From: Octopus sinensis | Lineage: Eukaryota | Assembly: GCF_006345805.1 (NCBI RefSeq) | Contig: NC_042999.1 | Span: 93,682,001-93,746,000 of the forward strand | Direction: 5' to 3' | DNA: 64,000 nt | Part shown: in pieces, positions 51,188-64,000 of the stretch | Layout of the letters: every line of letters starts with the position of its first letter | Numbering within the stretch: position 1 is the first letter of the stretch | Position numbers and translations under genes: made by a program | Notes under the pieces: generated by a model | The model's input: the letters and a program-made list of their open reading frames with translations, nothing else | What the model was told of the DNA's origin: nothing | The model's database searches: none

Positions 51188-51267
<80 letters not shown>

Positions 51268-51303
51268 TGTATCCATATATGTGTGTGTGTGTATGTATTT
51301 GTG

Positions 51304-51344
<41 letters not shown>

Positions 51345-51387
51345 ATATATATATGTATCCATATATGTGTGTGTGTATGTATTTGTG

Positions 51388-51432
<45 letters not shown>

Positions 51433-52163
51433 GTATGAAGAGGGAGGGAGAGAGAGAGAGAGAGAATTAACGTTTCCAGTATAACACTCAGTTGGAAAGG
51501 GAAAAGTCGAAAGAAAAAGGACAAAATAAAGAAAATTCGCCGATTCTCAAAAGCCAGCTAAGAACATTCCATGAAGAACAAATCAACAGTACAGGAAATC
51601 AAAAGCCAATCTTTTAAAAACGGCAGCCACTTTAATAGTAGCAGAATCGCCATCTCACTACATCAACATATTCAAAGCAGTTTGCCAACGGACCTTGAGC
51701 AACAACACACCTTCGATAAACTCATTGGCTACTACTATCTCCAGGCCACCAGAGATAGACAGAATTCTCTTCAAGCTGAGAATTTGAACTTACAGATACA
51801 ATATTTACATATCGTCTGAGGAAACACAGCTAGATCTCATAATGCATGCAAATGGTTGCATAATCAAGTACCTGCAAGGCTGGAGAAGTTAACCAACCAC
51901 ACTCCTTGTTGACTCCAAATATTTACAATTATTGATTCCCACACGACAGAACCCCATCCGCAAACTTGCAAGTAAGTTTAATACTACTATTGGATAACAC
52001 TCGATGAAATCTGAAGTTGGACATGATTTATACTATGCTCTACTATGTTCTTAACAGAATATACCATAACTCCATGTGAGTGTGTGTTTATCTGTCTGTC
52101 TGTCTGTATGTGTGTGTGTATGCTTCCACACAGGTACCTACATACATGCACAGATATATATAT

Positions 52164-52214
<51 letters not shown>

Positions 52215-55200
52215 ATATATATATATATATTGATATATAAATTTAACTTTTTACAACCTGCTGCAGGATATATAAAGTTTTCCTCTGTCCTAAAGTAAGA
52301 ATAGATGAACATTATAGCTTTATGATTTGGGAGAATAAATACCAAGTAGGATTACTCGTTATTGTGGTTTAATGTGTACCAAATTCAAGATGGTAGTGTG
52401 AGTTTACCATGTAGCTTTCAATTTGGCCAGACAGATATTCAGAAGTATATGTTTTACCCCTTATGCGATAACGGGTTTTCATCTGGCCTTCAAACTACCA
52501 ACACATTTAATAATGTATGAAATTAATAATTTGGAAGATGCTCGAGCTTATATCTACTGAAAATAAATCAAGTCGCTGTGAAAAACTATATTTTGAAATT
52601 GAAATATCAAGTAAGGTTAGCGCCGTTATTTTTACAGAAACGGTCGTATAATTATTGATTAGGCAGTATAATATCAACCGATAAAACGTACACTGTGTAG
52701 TGTATCTTGTATATATAGTAACAAATACATTCATATTCACACACATACCTGCAATTTGAATTATTACAGCATATATACTTAATATAATAACGTACCAAAA
52801 ATCATGAATTTATTCATATATTGAAGATAATCGAGAAAATAACTAAATATTATATTCACTGAATTGTCGCATAGACGTAAGGAATATGTCTGAGGCATGA
52901 AGACTTTATCGTTTTAAACGAATGTATCTTGCGGAATAGAAAATATTCTTGAAATCAATAACAAAATTCCTCTAACTAGTAAACGAGAATTGTTAGTGAA
53001 CTTTCTTGACTGCTCGTTTGTGAAGGTAAAACAGCAAAAAAAATATTCAGCTTTTAGTGAAGCAATTTTCCCTTTAGCTTCTGGGCGGCAACTGTAGCAG
53101 TTTAATTGCAATTATTGTCGTACTCTCAGACAATCAACAATGTCGTCTTCAACATAGGCATTTATTGAAACTCGCTAATAGAAGCAATATTTAAAAATAA
53201 GGAGTGTCAGAATTTTAGAGCATACAGATTGTTATGTAGAAATGTGATTGATTATCAAATTTTCTTTTTAAAGTTTTAGCTGCAGAAAGTAATTTGAACT
53301 TATGATCAATAATATTTAAAGTTGACAACTTATAAAATATTTTTCTCTACATAGTAGTCTATATTTACTGATAATTGATTGATATCTGTAGGTTGCACGT
53401 GAATAATGATCTTACTTTGTTTTTCTGAGAGTGGTTGAATCATCGGATTAGGAACGTGAGAAGGGAAAGTTTGCATTGGTTTTAGTCGTTTATATCGACC
53501 CCATTGATTTATCTGCTACTAAATTTCGTCGCTCTTTTACGATGCTAAATGTAATGTGAATACTGAAGTTAGGGGAAATGAAAAATATTAATACGATATC
53601 GTCATACCGTTCACTGAAAAGTCATTGGATGAGCCCAGACTATTGTTGTAAGCCCTTACCGCAAGTGCAACCCAAAGATATCGTGCCGGGCCAATAAACA
53701 CGGTTGTTAAGCGGAATTCGTAATGACATGGTCTTACCTGCGAGAGTACTTTTAAAAACAAGCGTATCTTTGAAAATGTTAAACTACACATTGGAATAAA
53801 TAAAAGAGACATAATGAAAGAGACATAACTGAAAGAGGCGGGCTTTGACACAATGCAGATTTGTGTACGTTTCCTTAATTCTTTTACGAAATATTTCCAC
53901 ACACTATTACGATTACAAGATGCATAATATACTTATATGAATTATTCTATTTAGGGTTGATTTATATAATATACAAGCATAAATGTGTTTCCAGAATTAG
54001 AAATACTCATAATTTAAGGAGCAGCTGTAACCTGTTCAAACACACCCTTCCTTAGCAGAGAAAATATAATAATGAGAATGAGGTTTCTGAAGCACGTTCA
54101 TTGTTCAAGAACTATTTTTTCTTAATATTATAGAACTGTCATTAACAATGCCAACGCAAAGCAATGCAAAAATAAAACAATCAAGTGATTTTAAATGATT
54201 TAACATTTCTTCTGAATTGTCTAGTGGTTGGCAATTTTCATAAATTACAAAACTCGGGATTTATACTTTATTTTTGATAAATGCGATTGGATTTGATTAA
54301 AAATTTAATTAAGCCTGGCAATATCAGAGTGTAATCAATTATATTGCTGAGATATTTCGTTTTAATGTTGTTATGAAGGGTCTTAAATGTTAGTTTATTT
54401 GTTTTGCTTTTTTTGTTTTCTTTTACTTTCTGCTCGTATTGTTTTGTTGACATACCAAGAAAAGAATACTGATATTTTACACATTCACATGACCTTACAA
54501 TTTGCATGGATATGTATTGAGTGCATGGCAATTAAAATTATCAAAAAATCGCCATTTGCTATTGAACCAACGAGCTGCAAGTCATTTCAAAGCTCTTATC
54601 TTCATACATGCCTAATGTACTCCCATTCATTCAAGTAATATTCCCACTGTTGCACTTCCGGAAACCAACATTTAAATAATTAGCCATAACCTTTCTCCTA
54701 AAAGGTTCAACAATTTGAAAATTTCTCCTGACTGATGTTCTTTCAAACACTTCAAGATACATAGGTTAAAACCTAACATTAACACATCTGTCTGATGAGA
54801 GTTTCATGAGGAAGGGGTTTTAACATTTGACTTTTGTGCTTTGTGCATTGCATAATAAAGTGAAACGATTGAGTTAAACTTAATATTGTTCTTTGAATAA
54901 CTACACAAAGCAACGCTCAGCACCTGAGATAAAATATTAAGATGCATAATCTGGAATATCACATATATTATACGCATCACTGCAAAACAACAAAGTACTG
55001 GTCAATTTCATAGTGTTGCCATTGACAGAATTGGGGTGTTATATTACACAGAGTAATTAGTTATAAAAGGACAACAAATTAGAGAAGATTTTCATTCGCA
55101 TCCATTGACTTGATATGGACATCATGCATTTTCACATGTCTCCTATATTCAGATATATCCATCATTGAACCCATATAAGGTAACTGATTCGTCTTGTCTT

Positions 55201-55473
55201 GGAAAATATATCCATAACCTTTATATGGTCTGTTACAACAACAATAGTAATGCGTCAATTCATGAATTACTTTATATAGCCCCTACGAAATAATAGCTTG
55301 CTTTTGAAATGGACCATGATTATGTCTTCAGTTACCACTAAGTAAGTTTTAATTCTTTATGTCTACACATTTCTTCAACATTATACTATTATTGTTTCTA
55401 CAGTGCTTGTATATAATACACTTACTCCCCACTATGTTACACACAGCCACACACACACACACACATATATATG

Positions 55474-55583
<110 letters not shown>

Positions 55584-55789
55584 TACACATTTTTGTGAAC
55601 AGTAGTACCATTGTTCTTAGGATGTGTACGTTCAATTTAATTCTCGCAAGCAAGAATGAAAAGTAAACGTTTGAGGTGTTCGAGCGGAAAATTTGTTCAT
55701 TTGTTCAATAATTGTTTGATCGGTGTTTCATCGATATATATTTAACAGACATAGCAACACACACACGCACACACACACACACATACACA

Positions 55790-55838
<49 letters not shown>

Positions 55839-56929
55839 ATATGTGTGTCTGGATATATATATGCGTGTGTATGTGTTTGTGTATACGTATGTATGCATAT
55901 ATAAACAGATATACATATATATTTATAGCGGTAAGTGTATGCATTTCTGTATAGGTTTACATCTCTCTCATGTATGTGGAAGTGGGTTTTTTTTCAGTAG
56001 GCTTACGTTATTGCCGACTTTACGAAATTAAATAGGTCTTTTACATGTAATTTCTCGGATAGACAAGTTACGGCTTTAGAAGGAAAGTTGGTAATTATTA
56101 ATAATAATTAGACACGATGAATATAGTTCTAAGGAAGCTAAAATCACCAAAAATATCAATTAATGGACGGTATGGAATTTTGTCATGTGTATAAATCATT
56201 ACATAAGCGAGGGATTGCAACTTCACAATCGAGCCTTATTATGGCAGGATTTTGACGTCTGTTATTAAATTAGTTCAATGATTAGAATTAAAATCACATT
56301 CGTTCAAGATAAATTACTGTTAGCTCGAAAGCAATCTAGATAAACGGAAAGAAAACAAAACTCAAGAGAAAACTAAATGAATAATTTTTTTCTGTATAGG
56401 TTTGGTGGTTAGGTAAATTTAACAATTCAATGAGGACTCCTGAACTTTAGATAGTTTCATATGGCATATGCAATGGTCATTGAATGTGTAGTAGAAAGGA
56501 AGCCGTAACAATAGCAAAACATTTGAAGTAGGTGTTTACGTTTATTCAAAAAACAAACATCTTGATGAAATAGGAATGTTTTAAAAACCAATGCAGAATA
56601 ACAGTTTCTGATTTAATAAAGGCGGTTTCTTTTTATATAGGTTGGATATACTGATAAGGATTTAAAATAAATGACTTGTTGCTCAGACTATTCCTAATTA
56701 GCTAAATTGAAACCCGAAAAAAATGCTTGAGTTACATTTGAAAATAGTTTGTTTTGGTGATGAAATATTTTGTAAGACTCATTCTTCATATCTAAATTTC
56801 AAAGCTTCTGATCATTCAATTGTACCTTGTGATTTATGTCAAAATATTGACGTTAAATATGTTAATTTTATATAATATTCTTGTTGGATTCAATGCAATA
56901 GGAGTGATCAGCAATTAGTTAGGTGCCCT

Positions 56930-57250
56930 CTCTATGTGCATGGATCGGCTAGCTAAGACCCTTTCTTTTCCGAATACTGTGCTGCATGCAGTCAAACAGG
57001 TTCTTGTTTTCACTTCATTATATGATATAATCAGTCTATGGATGCCTTTCACGGCCTACTGCTCTCCTTATTCCTATAATACCTCTCTGGATGGTCTTGG
57101 GCATTGCGTGTCCAAAACAACATAGCTTTGTGGACTTGCTTTCTGTCAATGTGTATTACTGAACTTTCAGCTCCTACTATGTCAATAAGGGATGAAAGAC
57201 GGCTACCACTATTAAAATTGTTACTACTAATAATGGGGCCTGCATCCATT
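56930..57250 (-). pseudogene. Decayed RTE-like LINE 3' relic
   Basis: VIHIDRKQVHKAMLFW...SRP*KASID resembles RTE HV.RM...R.PK..L.W...GRP.KRW.D. Confidence 0.3.
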
Positions 57251-58621
57251 AAATTGAGACTAACTGCTGAAAGTATGTGACGTTTGTAAGAAAAGTTTTG
57301 GGAAAATTATAATTTACTCCCTATATATTAATGAATAAACTCTATCGATAAATTGTTAAGAATGACGAGACTTCATGTACACATCTGCTGGAATATCACA
57401 ACGATTTCGTTCTCTACAGTTTATTCATAGGGGGCTAGATTTCGCGTGCCTAGTGGCTGATGATATTTTCAGTGACATTGGTGGTGGATACATACTTGAA
57501 AAACTGAAGGCATTATGCAGTATTTTTTAAAATTACTTGTGGTTAATAATATCACATAAGGAATATACGAATTTGAATTTTAGACATACATGTATGAAAT
57601 ATATCAGTCCATAACAGAAGGTTCGTTATTCTATATGACTAGAGACGAATGAAGTTTCAGGTAGTGTATAGCTATATACCGAGAATTTTGCAAAATGCAC
57701 CAACGAACTTTCTTGTATTACACAGATTTTATTAAATTTATTTGCACGGCTTTTGATACAATGCAATGCCACCTACATATAATAAACGCCATTGTTTCAT
57801 ATTAGAGAAATCTAAATCTTTAGCCACTTATTTGCAATGAATGCTGATATTATTCAAGATATTGCATTTACCTTTTTTTATTGTGGCATTTAAACTTAGA
57901 TAAATATCTCTGGTAGTTGAGTTTATATATTTTATGCAGCTTTTCTTGTCATGTCTGGTAAAACGAATATTTTTATTCGTTATTTATGTCTTCTGCACAT
58001 TATTTTTTAATTTTAACTTGAAGCTATTCATACTTCTAAATTTTATATTTTTGATTACCGTAATCTCATGACCTTCAAATGGTTAGTAAAACTTATTTGT
58101 GGCAAATTATTAGACTTCCAGTCATATTTAGTGGTATTCTTAGTATCAGTTTGCTTTTCCTGCAGAAAGGAGAATCCACGTAGAAAGGAAAACTATTTTA
58201 ATATGTTCTATATTTTTTGAGCGTTCGTTCTTGGAAGGGAATATCAATGCTTTTAGCAGTAATAGTACTTTGTGTTTCAGGATATACTTTGTTTTGTAGA
58301 TTATAGTTTACAAACTGCTTGACATGAATATTGTTATACATGGCAGGATTTGTTCATTATCACACAGAAGAAAGAGTTATATTAAATATTAAAATACCTA
58401 AAACGTCAGGGCTCAATATTTTCATTGTACTGGACGTACAGATTACTTACACAATTTTCGTTTTTGGATTTGTTTGTTTGCTTTTGTTTTCTGAACAGAA
58501 AAAGGATATGATTTCTCATAATGTGTGTGCATCTAAAACTATAAAGAAGAACTATATTTCGATATTCTTTTGAATATATACAAACATAACACACGAACTC
58601 ACCCCCGCCACACACGTACAC

Positions 58622-58681
<60 letters not shown>

Positions 58682-60216
58682 CACAAGTAACAAGTGCATT
58701 TTGGTAAAATCAAATTACATTTTTGCATCAATTACACACACCTAGTATAAGACAATGGCTTAAAATGAATGAGAGAAATTCTACTTGCCTTGCAAGATAT
58801 ATTTCTGCTGTGTGAGATTTGGCATTCAAATAGTTTCTAATAGGTATGGCAGTATTGAAGTGACCCCGAAAATACATATGTTTATTTAATTATATATTTT
58901 CCTGTGATATATTTTCGCAGACATATAGATGTCTGTATTTTTAAAAAAATGTAAAGTAATGTGAGATCGTGTACTAAAATTTACTCTTACTTTACACGTA
59001 TTTTTCAAATATTGCCTCAATACATAAATATAAATTATAAAAATATAAAATTTATATACGAATAGAAATATATAAACCAACTCGTTCATAATTAACTTTC
59101 ATATAAAAATATAATTGATGTTAGCATACTAAGTTCACCAATCACATATTATGTATTCTCAGTATTTATTCTCTTGATAATTAAATATCATTTCAAATTA
59201 AAATACAGATAGGAATATCATTTACTGATGAAAACAAAGCATTATATACTCATGACTCCTTTCAATTCTTATCGCATCTCCACTATTTATCACATGTATT
59301 TCTGAGAATAATTGCATTTTCAGACTTCCATATACCATTTAAAGGAATCAGTGCTGTTTCTTTCATATAAATATAAATTATATGTATGTTTTTCCATTCA
59401 AAGAACATTCCTCGAGAGTGATCTAAAGGGTAGGTCGGTACATATTTAAGTCGAGGCGTTGTGAGAATGTTTAGCGCATCAGAAACATGAGTTAGGGTAT
59501 TTACGTTGCAACAGATATTTTTCGAATAAAATCTTTTGGATATGATACAAATTGCAGAAGAAATGTAGATAAAATTGTAGATATAAACGTCTAAGTTATT
59601 ATAATATTATAATACAGCTCTTTATGTCTAGGTACCACATATATAGAATTAAGAGTTACAACAAAGAAATGAATGAAAATTGTACTTTCGATAATTGAGT
59701 TATTTTAATTGTACTACAACGAAAAAAAATGCACGAATGGTGATGTTCAGAGCGCTTATGGCTATATGCCTCTCTATTGCACGTAATTGTAGTTACATAA
59801 CAACTACAGATACGGGATTTGTACATTACATTTCGATGAAAATTTTAATGGACCTAAAAAAAAAAACAAAGACAATAACCGAAAATATATTCTATACACA
59901 GTGCGACGAATGATACTGTTGAAGACACAAGTAGTTTCAAATGCTGCCACCATAGAACGGAATCATTGTCATGTTGTCTGGCCTTTTACCTGCCCCTGTG
60001 TCAAAATTTGAATGACTAATGCAATGAAAGTTATATTTCAATGGCTAGCCAAACAGAGAGAATCCGACTCAGCCCAGCTATTCAAGTGAAAATGCTTCGA
60101 AATCCACAATTTACAATCTATTTAAAGATATATATTTAAATATATATATATCCATAAAATATGTGCATGTGTGTGTGCGTTTACATTGTGTGTATATAAT
60201 AGATTAAATTAATAAT

Positions 60217-60252
<36 letters not shown>

Positions 60253-60385
60253 CGTGCGTGTGTGTGTATAATTATATTAAGAGAGTAAAGGTGAAAAAAA
60301 ATTTCCAACGTGCTTGAAAATGCCTCTGTATTTTCAATCATGGGGGAGATAGGTCGTTTTGTACGCCCTTACTCCCTTAATATAA

Positions 60386-60449
<64 letters not shown>

Positions 60450-60474
60450 GTATATATATATATCCTTAAATCTT

Positions 60475-61385
60475 TAAAAATGTTTCAGCCCGAAAGCTGC
60501 GGCCATGCTGGGGCACCACCGTTGGCTGTGCTACACTAGTATGTTTAACCCGGTCTGATACCTGAAACTTGGTCCACAAGGGAGTTCGACGCCGCTGCCC
60601 GCATCTGTGATTCCTGACGAGAGGTAGGTTCATCTGGAACCCCTGACAAGAATAGATCGAGTATAGTTTTAAAGAAACCCACATCCACACCATGCAGATC
60701 TCTCAGGCATTTAAGAAGGATATGGAAGTGCTGCGGTCCCATGAAACCCAAGCTGTTGCAGTATCTGGTTCTGTATTTTGATCGTGATGTTGGGATCTTT
60801 AGCACCGTGCAGCGGCGCCCCGTTCTGCTGTTGGAGTAACTTTCAATGCTAAAATTAGGGACAAGTCCCTCCAGAATTTTCCAGATGTATATCACTGCAT
60901 ATCTCTCCTGCTTTCGCTCCATGGAGAAGAGGTTTAATTCTTTCAGTCTTTCCCAGTAGCTGATATGTTGCATTGAGAGGATTTCCTTAGTATAGCTTCG
61001 TTGAATTGCTTCGAGTTCTTTTGTTAACTTTATATTGCTTAGTGGCCATAGTTAGGAGCAGTAGTCCAAGCAGCTGAGGACGAATGTCTTCCAAAGGACC
61101 ATCAGTGTCTCCTTCTCTCTTGTTGTGAATGTTTGCAGGATCCATCCAGCTAGCTGTCTGCATTTTATTACCAAATTGGCAATATGCACTTGGAAAGATG
61201 CATCATTGCTCATGTCAATGCCCAGGTCACACACTGATTTTGACTCAGGAATTGCAATTCTTCCCGGGCCAGTGTATCCGGTCTGCATGTCGTTCATCTT
61301 TGTGCGCCTGTAGCGCAGGGCTTGGAACTTCCATACATTAAACTGCATGTTGTTGTTCTCATCCCACCTGTATTGTTGTCATTAG
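60475..61385 (-). mobile_element. CR1/L2-like LINE 3' end (end of RT, C-terminus, 3' tail), 5'-truncated
   Basis: MQFNVWKFQAL, DLGIDMSNDASF..HI, LDYCS*LW, LEAIQR, YWERLKELNLFSMER...R.AVIYIWKIL and LDLFLSGVPDEP in a single frame with one stop. Confidence 0.9.
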
Positions 61386-62575
61386 CCTACCTATATATAA
61401 AATTATTTAATGTATAAATTACCGATAAACTTTCATTGAATGTTGACTTCCTTATAAAAATCATTGACGTAACTTTTTCCTTATATATTAGTACAACTTA
61501 ATAAATAAATAAATAAATAAATATATATATAATTTTAAATAAATATGATATATAAGCTATATACACTTACATACATATGTGTATGTTTGTGTACACACAT
61601 ATATACATATATATGCATATATGAACTGCTCTTCCACAATGAATGATTTAAATTAACTATTTAAAAACAATTAATAGTTGAATTAACAATTTAAATTCCG
61701 CTCTTTTATTATTTTGTTTTACAACGTTAATAGAAGAAGTATAATAATTTTAAATTAGATGATTGTATAATAACGATAATTTTCTTTTATAGTAAGAAAC
61801 ATTCTCAAGTAATATTTTAAACGGCGCGTATTCTTTCTCTTAAATTATAGTAATACTTTATTAACAGATTCTCATAACAATGCATCCACCGAAATAATGA
61901 GTTTGATAATAACATATATGGAAATTTTATTCATGAACGTATATTAAACCAAGTATTTGGAATAATCAACCAACGTCCTATTACGGTACTGGAGCAAATA
62001 CTTTCATAGACTGATTTTTCATATCATTCCATTAAAAGATTATGTATGTAAATTATGTTACATACATACGCACGCTCACTCACACGCACACACGAGTATT
62101 TCGTTCGGCGTTAACAGCCCTTCTTATCTTGTTTTTCCTTGTCCTGTCTTTTACTGTTTATAATTGGTACTGTGGTTACTGTCCTGTTTTTGTTAGCATT
62201 TTTTACCCCTCTGCGAAAAGATCTCAGAATTTTAATTGATTTGCTTTTCGCAGGAAGGAAAGTTTCTTGTCGAAGATACGTCTCGCTTTTATCCTTCGAA
62301 ACGTAGAGTAGATGAAACCATAGCGACTGAAGAAGGGTTTTTTTCTTTGCGTTAATTGTCCTGTACTCTATTTTTTTGTTGTTTAAAAAAATGTCCAGTT
62401 CCTTTGGTTTGTGTCTATGTATTCGTTTCTCATTGTGTTCGACGTCTTTTGGTATCCTGTACTCATATATGTGTGTATATGTACATGTAGAGGTAGGTAC
62501 GTACATATATGTCTTATATATATGCATATGTTTTATTTTATTTTTTTATTTATTAATATATATATATATATATAT

Positions 62576-62614
<39 letters not shown>

Positions 62615-63049
62615 CATACATACATACATACATACATACATACATACATACATACATACATACATCGATGTATAGTTGAAATTTATAGAAAAGAAAAGGA
62701 CGAAATCAGGTGTTGAGCAATAAGCAAATGTAATAGTTTGACGTTCAGAAAATTGAATAAATCAGTAGTCCAGCATGGCGAACGATTGAAAAGAAAGGAA
62801 GGGAGATAATAATTTTTAAAAATGAGGTTAAATGAAAGGGAGGTAATAAAGTGATAGTGACCCCAACATGACAAGATGTGCGCGCGAGTACGTATGTGAG
62901 AATGGTGTGTATGATTGTATAAGTGTGTGTGTGTGAGTTGTGTATAGCAGTTAATGTGTGCATTTTCAAGTGGTGTGTGCACATGTGTGTGTGTCTGTGA
63001 CCAAATAGTGTGCATGCATGTGGTGATATTTTGGAAACATCTTGCACAT

Positions 63050-63530
63050 GCCAATGCTACTAGTCGAGAGCTCCACATACAGGAAGCCAGCAAGTGTATG
63101 GGCTCATCAGTAGAGTATGCGTGACAATTCGGAGCCTACCTCTCAACGGCGTCATTGCGCACCGCCCCCACTCGTTGATATAAGACCCCGCTTGCTAGAT
63201 CAACTGGTTATCAAATAAATCTCAATATTCTTCTAGCCATCGCTTATCGTCTTTTTTTCCAACTAAATCCCATGGCTAGCTTTTTCCACTGTATTTTGGA
63301 TACCGGTCATGTCGGTATTTACTTTACAATGAGTTAGGTCTAACGATAACAACTGTAGACTCACACTGTGTTCAACAAACCCACCACATCCGACTTCGAT
63401 TAGAAAATGCTCCACTTTCCAGCCTGCGCTTTCACATTCCTCGAGGAGGTTTACGTAACTGTCAATTTTTTGCGCCCGAGCTCGAGCAGCGTCCATGTTA
63501 TCTTCACGAGGAACCGTGGACGAAAGTTAT
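63050..63530 (-). mobile_element. 3' end of RLE-type non-LTR retrotransposon (Hero/NeSL-like)
   Basis: TVPREDNM...Y..LLEECESAGWKV..FLIEVGCGGFV...EKASHGI matches the restriction-like endonuclease tail ELTVPWE...KY..L..EC...GW.....VEVGCRGF. Confidence 0.75.
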
Positions 63531-64000
63531 TTTTGTCTGTCTATGTTTCATGTATTAATGCGTGAAGCGTGTGTATGTATATATATCCTGTGTTCAAGTA
63601 TTGTGAGCTTGTATGGGTGTGGGAGTATATATTGTCTGTGTTCAGGTATTATGTGTGGGTGTGGAAATGCGTATGATGGAGCGTGGTGTGCGTACTGAGT
63701 TAAACAGTGTGTTTGTGGCTACCCATACAGTGGCATGTGTGGTGACGCTATTGAAAATTGTGTGTGGGTGTGTGGATGACGGTGTGTATTTGGGTGCTGG
63801 AATGTAGAGTGGTGTGGGGATAGTATAATATGAAGGGAGTAGGTGGGATTGTTGTCAGATGGAGAGAGGAGGTGAATTGAGTTCATGTGACGCAAGTGAG
63901 CGAAGAGAGCCTATTAAATACTGTTCACGGTGAAGTAGGGAGATCGGATGGGCCTTGCGCAAAGACAGTCCGAACACAGACATATGTTGAAGTGAATGAC

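Noticed and set aside
53738-53790. Possible 46-nt exon on minus (TAG|TTTAAC...GCAG|GTAAG); a similar AG|GTAAG donor-like site lies near 8057
   Set aside because: Isolated splice-like signals are expected by chance, there is no recognisable protein, and there are no partner exons.
62291-62340. Type II hammerhead arrangement (GAAAC...CTGAAGA)
   Set aside because: Stem II pairs only by using core bases, and stems I and III cannot be formed.
63104-63110. CTGATGA box in the RLE element 3' UTR
   Set aside because: No stem II followed by a GAAA box downstream.

Overview
AT-rich eukaryotic genomic DNA, most likely from an octopod cephalopod (Octopus-like). This is an inference from the very dense (AT)n/(AC)n/(ATAC)n/(AGAT)n microsatellites and from tRNA-headed SINE families I recognise as Octopus-type. 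I found no host protein-coding exon I can support, so the window looks intergenic or intronic and is largely a mosaic of mobile elements. The only long ORF (19312-21162, minus) is the transposase of a complete 3.8-kb hAT transposon with 11-bp TIRs and a perfect 8-bp TSD (ATTCGTGC), inserted into the 5' part of a CR1/L2-like LINE. Also present: three D34D mariner relics, a D37D (maT-like) relic, RTE, Tx1-like, CR1-like and RLE (Hero/NeSL-like) LINE fragments, a Penelope GIY-YIG fragment, many SINEs, and several long inverted-repeat (foldback/MITE-like) elements, one nested in another. The most interesting signal is a short repeat family (3 copies) carrying a minimal type I hammerhead-ribozyme fold. 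One copy has an intact tRNA-derived Pol III head, so it is a candidate ribozyme-bearing SINE/retrozyme. Most short ORFs in the supplied track are microsatellite artefacts. All alignments and translations were done by eye; no database searches were run.
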